This document shows positions 22,193-35,268 of a stretch of 64,000 nt of DNA, in pieces; the stretch's first letter is position 1, and every line of letters begins with the position of its first letter. The DNA is from Mobula hypostoma (Eukaryota). The position numbers and the translations under genes are program-made. Where the stretch lies: the NCBI RefSeq assembly GCF_963921235.1, contig NC_086097.1, positions 64,172,001 through 64,236,000 on the forward strand, in the 5' to 3' direction. Under the pieces are notes generated by a model, which saw nothing but the letters and a program-made list of their open reading frames with translations, did not search any database and had not been told where the DNA came from.

Positions 22193-24989
22193 CTGCAAAA
22201 CAGTGGAAAAGAAACTAATATTTGTATACAAGATAGCCACATGGCTTCTTTTTGTAAATGCATTAAATAAGACTTCTAATATTACCCACTGGAGACGAGA
22301 AATGCTTAGAATTTTACAAGATATTGTTATACTGTGAAAAGGACAGAAGATTTTGGAAAATTAAACTAAGTAGATCATATATACTTTAAATCGTATTGTT
22401 AAAGTAACAAGGTGATGCATGCTTAGAAGAAAAGTAGTAAACATGTATTATAGTAGGTAAGGAATTGAGAGGCTTTCAGCCCACACCCAGAAAAGTGCAA
22501 GCACAAGGAATTCATTGCATGTTAGGCAGTGGCTATGCAGTGTCAAGTGGACCAGTCCTGGTCTAGTGAAAATACAAAAGGATCAATAAGAAGTTTTGTT
22601 TGTTTCTGCAGGGCTCTGTAGTCAGCAGAATTCACTAATGATTAAAAATGAGGCAACTTGGTCCTTACTTCATTGAGATTAAACTTGAATAGAATTATCT
22701 CCCCACTGTGGGTGGAAGATAAAGTAAAATATGTTTAAAAGAATGTTGAAAAAACATACCACAAATTCCAACTTAAAATTAAGTACAAACATTAAATACG
22801 TTAAAGTAGAACTACCAGTCTAGCACATTGACACTGAACTAAGCACTAAAGTTTGTAACATGACAGAGGCAAAAATGGAAGCTTGATTATATCCGCAGCA
22901 CAACTGAATTACAATAAAGCATAAACTAAGAGGCCAAATTAATTTGGACTGATGAGAGATCATCTCAAAAATATAATAAATAATAACAACCCCATATTTG
23001 CTAAGTCAACTAGATTTGAAGGAATATTCAATTTAGGTAATACAACACCTCTTTACCAAGGATACATCTGAAACAGGTCTCAAATAAAAAGCAGACACCT
23101 TAGCTACACAATTTAATTTCCACCCATTTTTAATCAAATTGAAAGTTTGATCTGAAAAACACATTAGCAAGGAAAATATTTTATGGTCCTCTGCAGTCCA
23201 AATTAAAGCATTATTTGGACTGGAAATGTAATTTTACGGAACATTTGAAATTATATAAATATAATGAACAGTTTCTTTTCCATGAAAGTATTAACAATAC
23301 ATTTCTTTCAATTACAAAAAGTTAATCAAGTAAACAAAAATGACAGGTTGAAGGAATTTGTTTTTAAATTTTACACAGCATACCATTCATAGCTAGCGTG
23401 AATGACCTTCCGTTTCAAGCCTTTGCCCTTTACCTTGATGAGCCCAATGTTTTCTAGTGGAGGTTTAGGAAGAAGAAGAAATATCACAGCATTTCTTTCT
23501 TTAAAATGAAGAAAATGAAGCAAAAAATTGAATAGGACAGGAACAAGAGAAAGGGGGAAAAAAGAGAACAGGTGTGAGAAGTGACACAAATACTAAAGTT
23601 GAAGGGTATTAATAATTAAAGCACAGAACAGAGATAATGAGCAGAATTCCTGATGCCACACCTGACAAGTCTGTATCTGAACACCTTTAAACTGATATGC
23701 ACTGTGGGAAATAAGGATATTTAGAGAACCATACTCATCTCAAATACTGAACATTTCATACAGAAAACCTATAAGAAGTATCCAATAGAAATGCACTGTT
23801 AGGTCTTATAAGCACAGGATGCCTTTAAATGGAAGATTCAGACTAGAATGACGAAATGTTATGATTGCAGTAGATTCTGCTGGTTCACTGTTGACAACTC
23901 AAAGTATTACTAAAATATTAAATTGAACCTAGGGATCTCTGCACTTAAAGGGAAATAATACTGGAGCAAGCACATAATAAAGCATTTGGCACTGCATGTT
24001 GCACACAACAATTAAATACTGTATATCTAAGAAGGGAGCAAAGACACAAATATAAAAAGACATTAACTCCTCACCTGTCCAGAATTCCCTCATTATAATG
24101 TTGCACTTTCAATTTGAATACAAAGATAATGGATGGATGGGGTCTCCATGGGCTCTGATTCAGTTTGTCAGTGTCTACTAAGTCAAAAATGCAACTATAT
24201 TTTATACTAAAATCCTTGGTTACTGAACTTTTCTATCAAATACTGCATATGAAGATGCTGGGGAGGCAAAGAGAAAGAGACAGAAAGGGAGGGACCACAG
24301 AATGACAAACATTGTAGCAGAGCTGGTAGTAATTTGGCTGATAGCTTTCAATGTCACATGAAAGAAAGAAAGCATTTCAGAAAAAAATCAATCCGCAGAT
24401 TTCGTTCACTAGCCCCAAAGATTACTGTACTTTAATGCTCAAAGAGCCTGTGTTAAATATAATGTGAATTTCTCGCCCATTGCCCTTTAAAGCAAGTTAT
24501 AAAGCTCCAACAATTTCTAGATGAGTATTTATCTACCTCAATATCCCTCCAATCCTTTTATCATATCCCCAATTCTCAGTTATTGATCTCTCTGTCAAGG
24601 GAAATAGATAAGACTTGTTTATTCCGCTTTGGTCATTCATAGTTTTACAGATCTCACATCTTAGTCAAGTCTCACATTTGATTTGTTTTCAAGAAAAGAA
24701 ACCTAACCAAGCGGCGATCTCCTCAGACAAAATCTCCACTCCTTGTGCAATTTTTATATATTTTCTCTGCATTATCTTCAGTCTTAACACATTATTTATG
24801 TAAAGCACTGATTAATACTGTGTATATTACTGCTTTATATAATATATAGGTTTATAACCAAGAAGAACGCACACTGATCGCAAATTAGCAAGAAATATAA
24901 AAACTGCCAATAAAAATACTCAGAGAGGTCAAAGTGAGCATTGACTCCTTAGAGATGAAGCTGGCAGGCAGGGAAGAAACCATTTAGGA

Positions 24990-26155
24990 ATTACTGATAT
25001 TTTGCAACAGTATTTACAGTCAAATATACCATGAGCATCCTATAAATACTAAATAATACAGGGGAGAAATTAATATTCTCACTGTCACTAAAGAATTAGC
25101 ATTAGGGAAATTAAAGGGCTGAAGGCTTTATGGCTTGCATCCTAAAAAAAAAGAAGTGGTTTCAGAGACAGTGAAAGCATAGGTGGGAAGAACTGGAGGA
25201 TTGGAAGACTGTCATTGTGTTGTCATATTTAAAAAGAGTGGGAGGCAAAAAGCAGGTAACTCTAGTCCAGTTAGTATAATGCCAATTTTGGAAAAATGTC
25301 AGATCATTAAGGCGAGCATGTCTGACAAATTTATTAGCTATCTTTGAGCGAGGGTATCAGTCAAAGTAGATAAAACGGAGTCAGTAAATGTGATACATTG
25401 GAATTTACAAAAAGTATCTGACAAGGTGCCACATGAAAGATTATTTTGCAAATTAAAACTCATGGTATTTAAAATAATATATTATTATACACAGATGATT
25501 GGCTAATAGGAAGCAATTGACAGGAAATGAGTATCATTTTCAGATTGGTAACCAATAACCAATGGACATCAGTGTGGGACCATAGCCATTTACTATATGA
25601 ATGATTTAGAGAAAGAAACAGACGCACTTGAGGTCCATCCAGGAAGATGCAACATAAAAGGAATCTGGAGGTCAGAGGGGCAGGAGTCCTATGAAACTGA
25701 CCAGATTAGTATATACTGTTAACCATTCATTTTTTTTTATTTAAGGACAAATATATATTTTATTGGAGGCATTTCAGAGAAGATACACCAGAATGATCTT
25801 GGGTTGTACTCTCTGGAGTTTAGAAGAATAAGAGAAACATACAAGATTCAGGGGAAGTCTTACAGATCAGATGTCCATCTCATGGACCAGAGGGTGTAAT
25901 CTTAGAATAAGGAACACGTATTTAAGAAAGAGGAGGATGTTTCTTCTTCCAAAGTGTTAAACGTTTTTGGAATTCTTGCCCCACAAATTTGAATTAGGGA
26001 ATACATCCAAAGCTGAAACAGAGAGGATCAAGAATTATGGTAGAGGCCTGGAAAATGGACTTGAGGAAACTTGGATCAGCCTTAATATTATCAAATGGCA
26101 AAGCAGGTTTGAGAGGGCAAATAGTCTACCTCTGTTTTTTTGTCATGGTTTCTAG
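24990..26155 (+). mobile_element. Old, deleted CR1 LINE (RT to 3' end)
   Basis: Degenerate matches to the 33-35 kb CR1, e.g. GACAAGGTGCCACATG and TTGTACTCTCTGGAGTTTAGAAGAAT. Confidence 0.75.
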
Positions 26156-27238
26156 AAAACAGCCCATTTCACAATTTTCTGTAATACAAAGGCATGCCCT
26201 CTGCATTAAAAAAATCCATTGAAAATTAATTTATTTATTATGCTTCCAATCCAACTCCCACCCCCAAACTTAAGATACAGAATAAATTTTGCTCTCCAGA
26301 ACTTGTATTTGTGGGTAATGATTTGTGAATCCTGTAAGGGTAAATTTCCATTACCCAAACAGCCATAACGTGAGCATCGAATGCACTGGCATCTGTGAAC
26401 ATTGTCTCCAAGATTACTTTGTTTAGTAAGTGACTATTTATTGTGTATTCCTTGCTTCAGTTGTTCTTCTCAAATGCATTTCCTCACATTTGAATTGAAC
26501 AATATTTGTCATTTTCTTTCAGCACTGACAGATCCAGTGATAGTTTCCAGCTGCCAACGACTTCTTTTCTCATGATCAAAAATTTCTGGGAACTTCTGAC
26601 CATTAGAATTCCTAAACAGTACAGTTGCTTCCTGCTGCTCTGCCAATTCTGGATTCAACTTGCCACCTTCCCTCAGATGTGACAGCCTTTTAGTTTTTAA
26701 GATTAGTGAGAGTAGGTAATGTAGGTAGTGGCACTAAAATGCTTTAAATTACTAGAAATAGGAAAAAAGGCCTAAAGTGAAGAAAAATAAGCATGCCACT
26801 TCCTGCACTTACCTCTTTAACAAGGTCAACAACCCCACGAAAGGATAATCTATGCTAGCCGTCACTGCATCAAATCTGAGGGAGCAAATAATGAGCGTAT
26901 TTGGCCTTTCAGCCCACGGCAAGATGAACCTTGCCTAGAGTACAGACTCGTTTCTAACTTCTGGATTGCAATATACAAACACTGTAATCAGGTGCAAGCC
27001 ATTCTGCATGGAAAATAACATCAGCAGTTCCTTGGGGAACTATTGGTATTAAGTATAGTATGTTTAGGCTCATTTTATTTTCAGATTAGGGGATAAACGT
27101 TGTCCATAACACCAGTCTAATTCCTACAACATTCTTCGCTTAATGTCTATCTAAACGATAATATAATTATCATTCTGCACTATTTAATTAATGTTCAAAC
27201 AATGCAAAGTTTTAAAGACTAAAGCTTACATGAGCATA

Positions 27239-28603
27239 CAGAACTGCGCAAAAGTCTTAGGCATCCTAGATTTTTAATATAAATTTTGTTTATGATTTTT
27301 TTTTGCATTCTGCATTAGTGCCAGTAGAAAATAGCACACTTTAGATTGCCAAATATTCACTTTCTAAAAATTAAATGTTACAGAGAAATTGTGGTATTTC
27401 ATTAAAGTAACATATTAACATTCACTTTTCAAATTTAAAAAATGATTACTTTGTAGGTATACAGCCCAGTGCTTGATGGAACAAAGATAATGAACAGATC
27501 AATGACATAATTAAGGAGTTGAATGAACTAAACAAATTAACTGAAATAGAAATGGGTATAGAAGGAATCAAACTGGGTGAAGGACAACCAAACTAAAAGG
27601 TGAGGGTATGGCAGATGTAAGAGTTTAAACTTCAAATAATCAATTCTTACACCATGGCAAGAGTGAGCAGAGTAAGACACAAGGTGGTCATCCTGCATCA
27701 CCAATGTCTCTTCCAAACAGAAATTTTGTGGCAGACAGGAGCTTCAAGATGTGCTGTCCAAGCTCTTCTGAAGGAATACAAAGAAACGGGCAAGCAAGGC
27801 TGAGGACCAGAAACCGAAGTGGAAACAAAGGCAAGAGACTCACCTGTACACAAAAAAAAAATGCAAGGACTGGAGTGCTCTGGACTGACGGATCAAAACT
27901 TTTAAGTCTTTGGCTCAAACAGGAGGCAGTTTGTCCATAGAAGAACTGGAGAGCGCTACATGGATGAATGTCTGCAGTCAACAGTGAAGCACGGCAAGGT
28001 TCCCTGCAGGTTTGGGGCTACATTTCTGCAAATGGATTTGGTGATCTGGTCAGAGTTAACAGAATGCTCAGTGCTGAGAAGTACAAGCAGATTCTCATCC
28101 ATCACCAAATACCATCAAGGAGGTCTCTGATCGACCCCAACTTCATTCTGCAGCAGGATAATGACCCCAAACACACAGCCAAGGTCATAAAGAACTATCT
28201 TCAGCGAAAAAAAAACGAACAAGGAGTTCTGCAACAGATGGTTTGGCCTCCACAGTGCCCTGATCTCAACATCATTGAGGCTGTCTGGGATGACATGGGG
28301 AGAGAGAGAAGCAAGCGAGACAGCCAGAGTCTGTAGAAGAACAGTGGCCAGTTCTCCAAGGTGCTTGGAACAACCTATCAACAGATTTTCTTATAAAACT
28401 GCATAACAGTGTGCCTGAGATAAATGATGCAGTTTTAGAGGCAAAGGAGGGTTACACCAAATTTGACTTAATTTTTTTTTTTACAGTTTACTGCTCTTTA
28501 TAGTTTTTTTGACATTTAAAAATGTTTCATTTCATCATTTTTGAAAGCATCTTTGCTTTATAGATTTTTTTTTACCTGTGCCTAAGACTTTTGCATAGTT
28601 CTA
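27239..28603 (+). mobile_element. Tc1/mariner DNA transposon with decayed transposase
   Basis: TA flanks; TIRs CAGAACTGCGCAAAAGTCTTAGGCA and TGCCTAAGACTTTTGCATAGTTCTA (22/25). Remnants VLWTD, QVWG, ILQQDNDPKHTA and WPPQCPDLNIIEAVW. Confidence 0.93.
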
Positions 28604-28749
28604 TATATCATAGTACGATCTGAACATTTTAATGCCAAAGTAATTGGGTAGAAGTTAGCAAATTCAAAGAACATAAATCTATTTTTATCATCTTCTTTCT
28701 TCTTCAATCATCCAGAACCTCAATGGAGAACAAGTTGCATTTCTATAGT

Positions 28750-28995
28750 ACTGCAAAAATTAATAAAGAATTCCCACCGCTGTCTGGAAGAAGTTTGTAC
28801 GTTCTCCCCATGAACGCATGGGTTTCCTCCAAGTGCTCTAGTTTCCTCCGACAGTTCAAAGATGTGCTCGTTAATAGGTTAATTGTTCATTGTAATTTGT
28901 CCTGTGATTAGGATTAAATTGGGGGTTGCTAGATGGTACAGCTTGAAGGGCTGGGAGAGCCTATTCTGCACTGTATCTCAATAAATAATAAAAAA
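28750..28995 (+). mobile_element. HE1-like V-SINE, 5' truncated
   Basis: GTTTGTACGTTCTCCCCATGAACGCATGGGTTTCCTCCAAGTGCTCTAGTTTCCTCC core with an (AAT)A-rich tail. Confidence 0.7.
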
Positions 28996-29544
28996 AATTA
29001 AAAATTGCTATCCTTAGACTAATTCTCTCACTGAAGACGGCAAGGAATTAATCAAATGTGCGTGGTACATGACTGCTTATCTAATATTTGTCAATGATAA
29101 GAAGAGCTTTATTTAACTTAGCACTGTAAGATCAAGAATACTTTTTCCTCACCAAATATGTCACAACAAAGTCAAATTCCTTTGCTGACTGCTCTCCCAA
29201 CCCAAGTTCTAAGTATGTCTGTAATGCCAATATCTTTGTTCTAGCAGGTCCAAGAAGAAACACATATCCTATTCACAATAATATCCTTTTCCTTTATGAC
29301 ATCCCCCAATTGCACTACTAGTATGGCAGTAATGCTGATACTTTCATGCACAACTGCTTGCTTCTCACAAATGTCTTCAACTTGCTAAGATTAATCAAGT
29401 AACACCCAACAGAGCTGTACTGAGAATTATACATCACAAAAATGTGGCTGAATTCTCTGTTTATATGTTTTAACTCAGAAACAGAGAACCTGTAGGGCCT
29501 CTCTGTGGGATATCTTGTTGGTAATATTGATTCCAGGACTTCTG

Positions 29545-29852
29545 AAGAATCAAAACTATTATCACTGGCATACGTCATGAAATATGTTGTTTTGCAGCAG
29601 CAGTACACTGCAATACAGAATAAAAACAATATAGCACTATAGCATTACATATTTATATATAAATATACACATACACACATGAATTAAATTGAATAAGTAG
29701 TGCAAAAAGAAAACAAAAAAAAAAGAAAAAATAGCGAGGTAGTGTATATGGGTTATTAGTCCATTCAGACATCTGACAGTGGTGGGGAAGCTGTTCCTAA
29801 AACATTGGATTATGTGTCTTCAGGCTCCTGTACTTTCTTCTTGTTGGTACTT
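29545..29852 (-). mobile_element. LINE 3' end fragment, Rex1/L2-like; related scrap at ~55110-55200
   Basis: The two sites share AATCA..TTATTATCAC...TCATGAAAT..GTTGTTTTGC..CAGCA. Family assignment is from recall. Confidence 0.45.
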
Positions 29853-30135
29853 AGTACCAGAGGGCACAGCCTCAGAATAGAGGGACGTCTACTTAGAACA
29901 GAGATGAGGTAGTGAATCTGCGGATATCATTGCCACCGATGGCTGTGGATGCCAAGTCATTGTGTATACTTAAAGCTGAGGCTGATAGGATCTTAATTAG
30001 AAAAGGCATTAAAGGTTACAGGGAGAAAGCAGGAGAATGGGTTTGCAAGGGATAATAAATCAGCCATGATGGAATGGCAGAACAGACTCAATGGGCTGAA
30101 TGGCCTATTTCTGCTCTTGTGTCTTAAGGTCTTAT
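29853..30135 (+). mobile_element. CR1 LINE 3' end
   Basis: Homologous to 34960-35265 and ends in a TGTCTTAAGGTCTTAT tail. Confidence 0.85.
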
Positions 30136-30609
30136 AATGCCTTGTTTATGCACCAAGGAGAGCTCCATCATGCAAAGTGGGACAGACTGAGACCAGGAAA
30201 TGGAAGTCAAAGCACTGCTAGATGTCTGGAATAAATTCTGGAAACATGCACATGGAGGGAATGCTAACGCATTGAGGAAAACTGTATCAATATCACAAAT
30301 GAATGACCTATTTCAGACTGAACTTAGGTACAAAAAGGGAGAACAAATTACCTAAAGCTGCGAAATTCAATACTGGGTCCCAAAGGCTGCAACATACTCA
30401 GGTAAAAGTAGGCTTTTCAGGACCCTCAGTGTGGGGGTGAGCACTCACCCTATCAACCATATTCTCTTTGTCATATTCATCCTCCAGCTTTATTTGCAAC
30501 TTTAAGCCAAAATGTTCTCAAAAAGTCTATGACCTGAAACACTAAAATCATGGAATATTCCCAACAATGATAGTGGAGTACAGCACAAGCCATCATATTC
30601 AGCAAGAAA

Positions 30610-32410
30610 TGCCAACAGATCTTCCTTAGCTTCCTCCTGAGATTTAAGAAAAAGCTGAGAGTACTGGATAGAGCAAAGGCTATGAGACCAGACAACATTC
30701 CAGCTACAGTACTGAAACCTGTGCTCCTAAATTAGCTGTCTCTAGCTAAACTATTTCACTTCACCTTAAAAGAGCCGATCATGAAAAGGAGAAATCTAAA
30801 CCAGATAACCACTGTCCAATCAGTCCATCCTCAACCATCAAGGTCACACCATTCAAATTGCTATAAAGTGACACTTATTCATTGCTGATCTGCTCACTAA
30901 TATTGCCGAGTTTGGGTTTCACTTTGATCATTCCACACCAGATCTCATCACAGCCTTTGTTCAAATATAGAACAAAGAGCTGAATACCAGAAGTGAGGCA
31001 GAGGTGACTGCTTTCAACATCAAGCAGCATTTGACTGAATGGAACATCAGGGAACCAGGATAAAAATGATCAATGGATATCCAAGAGGAAACACTCAAAG
31101 GCTAGGCTCAACAAATGAAGATGGCTGTGGTTGTTGGAGATCAACCATCCCTGCCCCTAGATATCAATATAAACATTGCTCTGGCTTGTGTCCAAGGTCG
31201 AACCAATTTCAGCTATTTCATCAATAATCTTCCGTTCCATCATATGGCCAGGACAGGGGCAGACCACTAATGATTTTACAACAGTGAATTCCATTTTCAA
31301 ACTCTCAGTGCATGAAACTCTCAGAGAATGACTGAGATAACATTTATGCTTGAAGAATTAAGTGAAAAATAACATTTGCACCATATAAGGCAACCATCTC
31401 CAGTAAGAGAAATGCATTATTACCATCATTAACATCCATGGGGACTTGGTGGGGTGAGGGTGTAAAAAAAACCAATGACCAGAAACTCAACTGGAACAGC
31501 CACAAGTATACTGGCAGATCAGAAGGTGGGTATCCTGTAATGAGTGGCTCACCTTTTGATAGCCCAAGGCTTTTTTCGCTACCCACATGGAAAAGAGACG
31601 AGAAGCAGCTGAATTATGGTTCTACAGGAGAATGTTAAAAATATCATGGACCACACACACATCAAATGAAGAAGTTCTCAGAAGAGCCCAAGCAATTCGA
31701 TCACTCATACCAACAATAAGAGAAAGATAACTCAGATTCTTAGGACACATCATGCGGAATGATGAACTAGAAAAACTCATACTCTCTGGAAAGATTGAGG
31801 GGAGCAAACCTAAAGGAAGACCTCGGCTTATGTACATCAAAAGCATAGCCAGGTAGCTACACATCGAGGAAATGGAAGTCATCCAAAAAACGAAGGATGG
31901 ATCTATATGGAAAACCATGGTCACCAAAGTCTGCATCGGATATGGTACCTAGACAGACAGACAGACATGGCACAAATCAGGAGTGTGATAAAACACTCCC
32001 CATTTACCGGGGTGAGTGCAGCTCCAATAACTTTCAAGAACCTTGATGCCAAACAGTTCACCTGACTGGCTCCTCACCAACCATTCCAAACCTTGGTTAC
32101 TCACTCAGTGTGCTCTGACCTATAAAATGTACTGCAGTTACTCAGTTAGACTACTCTGATTGCACGTCAACCACCAAGCACAAAGATAACATATAAATGG
32201 GAACACCATCTGCAAATTCCCTCCAAGTTTTACACCATCCTGATTTGGAGATATATTGCTGCACCTTCCCTGTCAATGCATCTAAATCCTGTAACTCTTT
32301 ACTCCACTGTACTATGGGAGTATCTTCAACACAAAGGGTTAAGATTGTAGTTCAACACTAACTTCAAGAGCAATAAATGTTCTTAGCAGCAACACCCAGA
32401 TCCCTACAAA
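30610..32410 (+). mobile_element. Very old CR1/L2-group LINE RT remnant
   Basis: Degenerate RT motifs such as CAACATCAAGCAGCATTTGACTGAATGGAACATCAGGGA (DIKAAFD.VWHQG-like). Homologous to the minus copy at ~61570-62050. Confidence 0.6.
31585..31966 (+). mobile_element. RTE-clade LINE 3' end nested in the older LINE
   Basis: Translates to EAAELWFYRRMLKISWT..SNEEVLRR..LRFLGHIMR..LEKLILSGKIEG..KGRPR. It has an (AGAC)n tail and ACATGG at both junctions. Confidence 0.85.
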
Positions 32411-32533
32411 TTAACATTGAGGGGAATTTTGATTCAAGCTTCCTTTCACTTTGCCACCCTAATGTTAACAGACCTAGATTAGCTTACCTCACCTCGAAAT
32501 ATGAGATACAGATATTGTAGGGGGGTGGAGATG

Positions 32534-32600
32534 ATGTACTGTGCATAAGTCTTAGGCACGTATATATAGCTAGGGTACCCGAGACTTTTACACAGTACTG
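32534..32600. mobile_element. ~67-bp MITE sharing TIRs with the Tc1 element at 27239
   Basis: GTACTGTGCATAAGTCTTAGGCAC ... GTACCCGAGACTTTTACACAGTACTG followed by TA. Confidence 0.8.
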
Positions 32601-32784
32601 TATACGACCCTGGAGAGGAGGGAATGCCCAGAATAAATCAAAGTCTTAAAACTTAGAGATGGGGAAATTGTGCAATCAACTTTGTGGATGTCAAAAATAT
32701 CAAATACTATTAAAAATCTTAATATAAATTTACCATTACTTAATTGCTTGCAGCCATTGCTTTTCATTATTACTTCCTTAGCAG

Positions 32785-33020
32785 CACACACAAACCACTG
32801 AAGGAACTCAATAGGTCAGGCAGCATCCATGGAGGGAAATGAACAGTTGACATTTTAAGCCAAGACTCTTCATTCGGGCTGGAAAGGAATGGGGCAGAAG
32901 CCAGAATAAAACTGGGGGGGAGGGGGGGAGCACAAGATAGCAGGTGATAGGTGAAGGGAAAAGTAGGTGGGTGGGGAAGGTGGGGTGGGGGGGTTTAAAA
33001 GGGATGTGAAAGCCAGAAGT
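32785..33020 (-). mobile_element. Penelope-like 3' tail fragment
   Basis: Similar to 49130-49330 (GAAGGAACTCA..AGGTCAGGCAGCATCCATGGA). Confidence 0.75.
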
Positions 33021-33066
33021 TACTGCAAAACAGAGAACAAACTGGATTCCATTGGGGAAACAAAGT

Positions 33067-35268
33067 TCAGTACTTAGGGTCTAGAGTCACCTTAGACAGT
33101 GGCATGAGAGAGGAATTGGGCAAAGTTGGCTGGAAAGGGACACTAGTGGGAAGGACGGCAGAGCAGCAGTGGCTGGAGTTTATGTGAGAAGTGAGGAAGG
33201 TGCAAGACAGATATATTTCAAAAGAGAAGAAATTTTCGAATGGAAAAAGGATTGCAACCGTGGCTGACAAGAGAAGTCAAAGCCAAAGATAAAGCAAAGG
33301 AGAGGGCATACAAGGACGCAAAAATTAGTGGGAAGACAGAGGATTGGGAAGTTTTTAAAACCTTACAAAAGGAAACTAAGAAGGTCATTAAGAGGGAACA
33401 GAAGAACTATGAAAGGAAGCTAGCAAATAATATCAAAGAAGATACTAAAAGCTTTTTCAAATACATAAAGAGTAAAAGACAGGTGAGAGTAGATACAGGA
33501 CCGATAGAAAATGATGCTGGAGAAATTGTAATGGGAGATAAGGAGATGGCGGAAGAACTGAATGAGTATTTTGTATCAGTCTTCACTGAGGAAGACATCA
33601 GCAGTATACCAGATACTCAAGGGTGTCAGGGAAGAGAAGTGTGCACAGTCACAATTACGACAGAGAAAGTACTCAGGAAGCTGAATAGTCTAAGGGTAGA
33701 TAAATCTCCCGAACCAGATGGAATGCACCCTCGTGTTCTGAAGGAAGTAGCTGTAGAGATTGCAGAGGCATTAGCGATGATCTTTCAAAAGTCAATAGAT
33801 TCTGGCATGGCTCCAGAGGACTGGAAGATTGCAAATGTCACTCCGCTATTTAAGAAGAGGGCAAGGAAGCAAAAAGGAAATTATAGACCTGTTAGCTTGA
33901 CATCAGTGGTTGGGAAGTTGTTGGAGTCGATTGTCAAGGATGAGGTTATGGAGTACCTGGAGGTATATGACAAGATAGGCAAAACTCAGCATGGTTTCCT
34001 TAAAAGAAAATCCTGCCTGACAAACCTATTGCAATTTTTTGAGGAAATTACAAGTAGGCTAGACAAGGGAGATGCAGTGGATGTTGTGTATTTGGATTTT
34101 CAGAAGGCCTTTGACAAGGTGCCGTACATGAGACTGCTAAACAAGAGCCCATGGAATTATGGGAAAGTTACATACGTGGATACAGCATTGGTTGATTGGC
34201 AGGAAACAGAGAGTGGGAATAAAGGGATCCTATTCTGGTTGGCTGCCGATTACCAGTGGTGTTCCACAGGGGTCCGTGTTGGGGCCGCTTCTTTTTACGC
34301 TATACATCAACAATTTGGATTATGGAATAGATGGCTTTGTGGCTAAGTTTGCTGATGATACAAAGATAGGTGGAGGGGCTGGTAGTACTGAGGAAACAGA
34401 GAGTCTGCAGAGAGACTTGGATAGATAGGGAGAATGGGGAAAGAAGTGGAAAATGAAGTACAATGTTGGAAAGTGTATGGTTATGCACTTTGGCAGAAGA
34501 AATAAATGGGGAGACTATTATTTAAGTGGGGAGAGAATTCAAAGTTCTGAGATGCAATGGGACTTGAGAGTCCTCGTGCAGGATACCCTTAAGGTTAACC
34601 TCCAGGTTGAGTCGGTGTTGAAGACGGCGAATGCAATGTTGGCATTCATTTCTCGAGGAATAAAGTATAGCAGCAGGAATGTGATGTTGAGGCTCTATAA
34701 GGCACTCACTTGGAGTACTGTGGGCAGTTTTGGGCTCCTTATTTAAGAAAGGATGTGCTGATGTCGGAGAGGGTTCAGAGAAGATTCACTAGAATGATTC
34801 CGGGATTGAGAGGGTTACCATATGAGGAACGTTTGCCCACTCTTGGACTGTACTCCTTGGAGTTTAGAAGAATGAGGGGGGACCTCATAGAAACATTTCG
34901 AATGTTGAAAGGCATGGACAGAGTGGATGTGGCAAATTTGTTTCCCATGGTGGGGGAGTCTAGTACGAGAGGGCATGACTTAAGGATTGAAGGGCACCCA
35001 TTCAGAACAGAAATGCGAAGAAATTTTTTTAGTCAGAGGGTGGTGAATCTGTGTAATTTGTTGTCACGGGTGGCAGTGGAGGCCAAGTCATTGGGTGTAT
35101 TTAAGGCAGAGATTGATAGGTATTTGAGTAGCCAGGGCATCAAAGGTTATGGTGAGAAGGCAGGGGAGTGGGACTAAATGGGAGAATGGATCAGCTCATG
35201 ATAAAATATCAGAGCAGACTTGATGGGTCCAATGGCCGACTTCTGCTACTTTGTCTTACGGTCTTATG
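33067..35268 (+). mobile_element. 5'-truncated CR1 LINE, best-preserved copy; ORF2 RT broken by frameshifts
   Basis: ORFs 33240-34346, 34159-34428, 34453-34746 and 34710-35177 carry GNYRPVSLTSVVGKLLE, YLDFQKAFDKVP, GVPQGSVLGPLLF and FADDTK. TCTTAYGG tail. Confidence 0.95.

Noticed and set aside
33240..35177. Active or domesticated reverse transcriptase gene
   Set aside because: It is a 5'-truncated CR1 ORF2 with several frameshifts and lacks a complete endonuclease.
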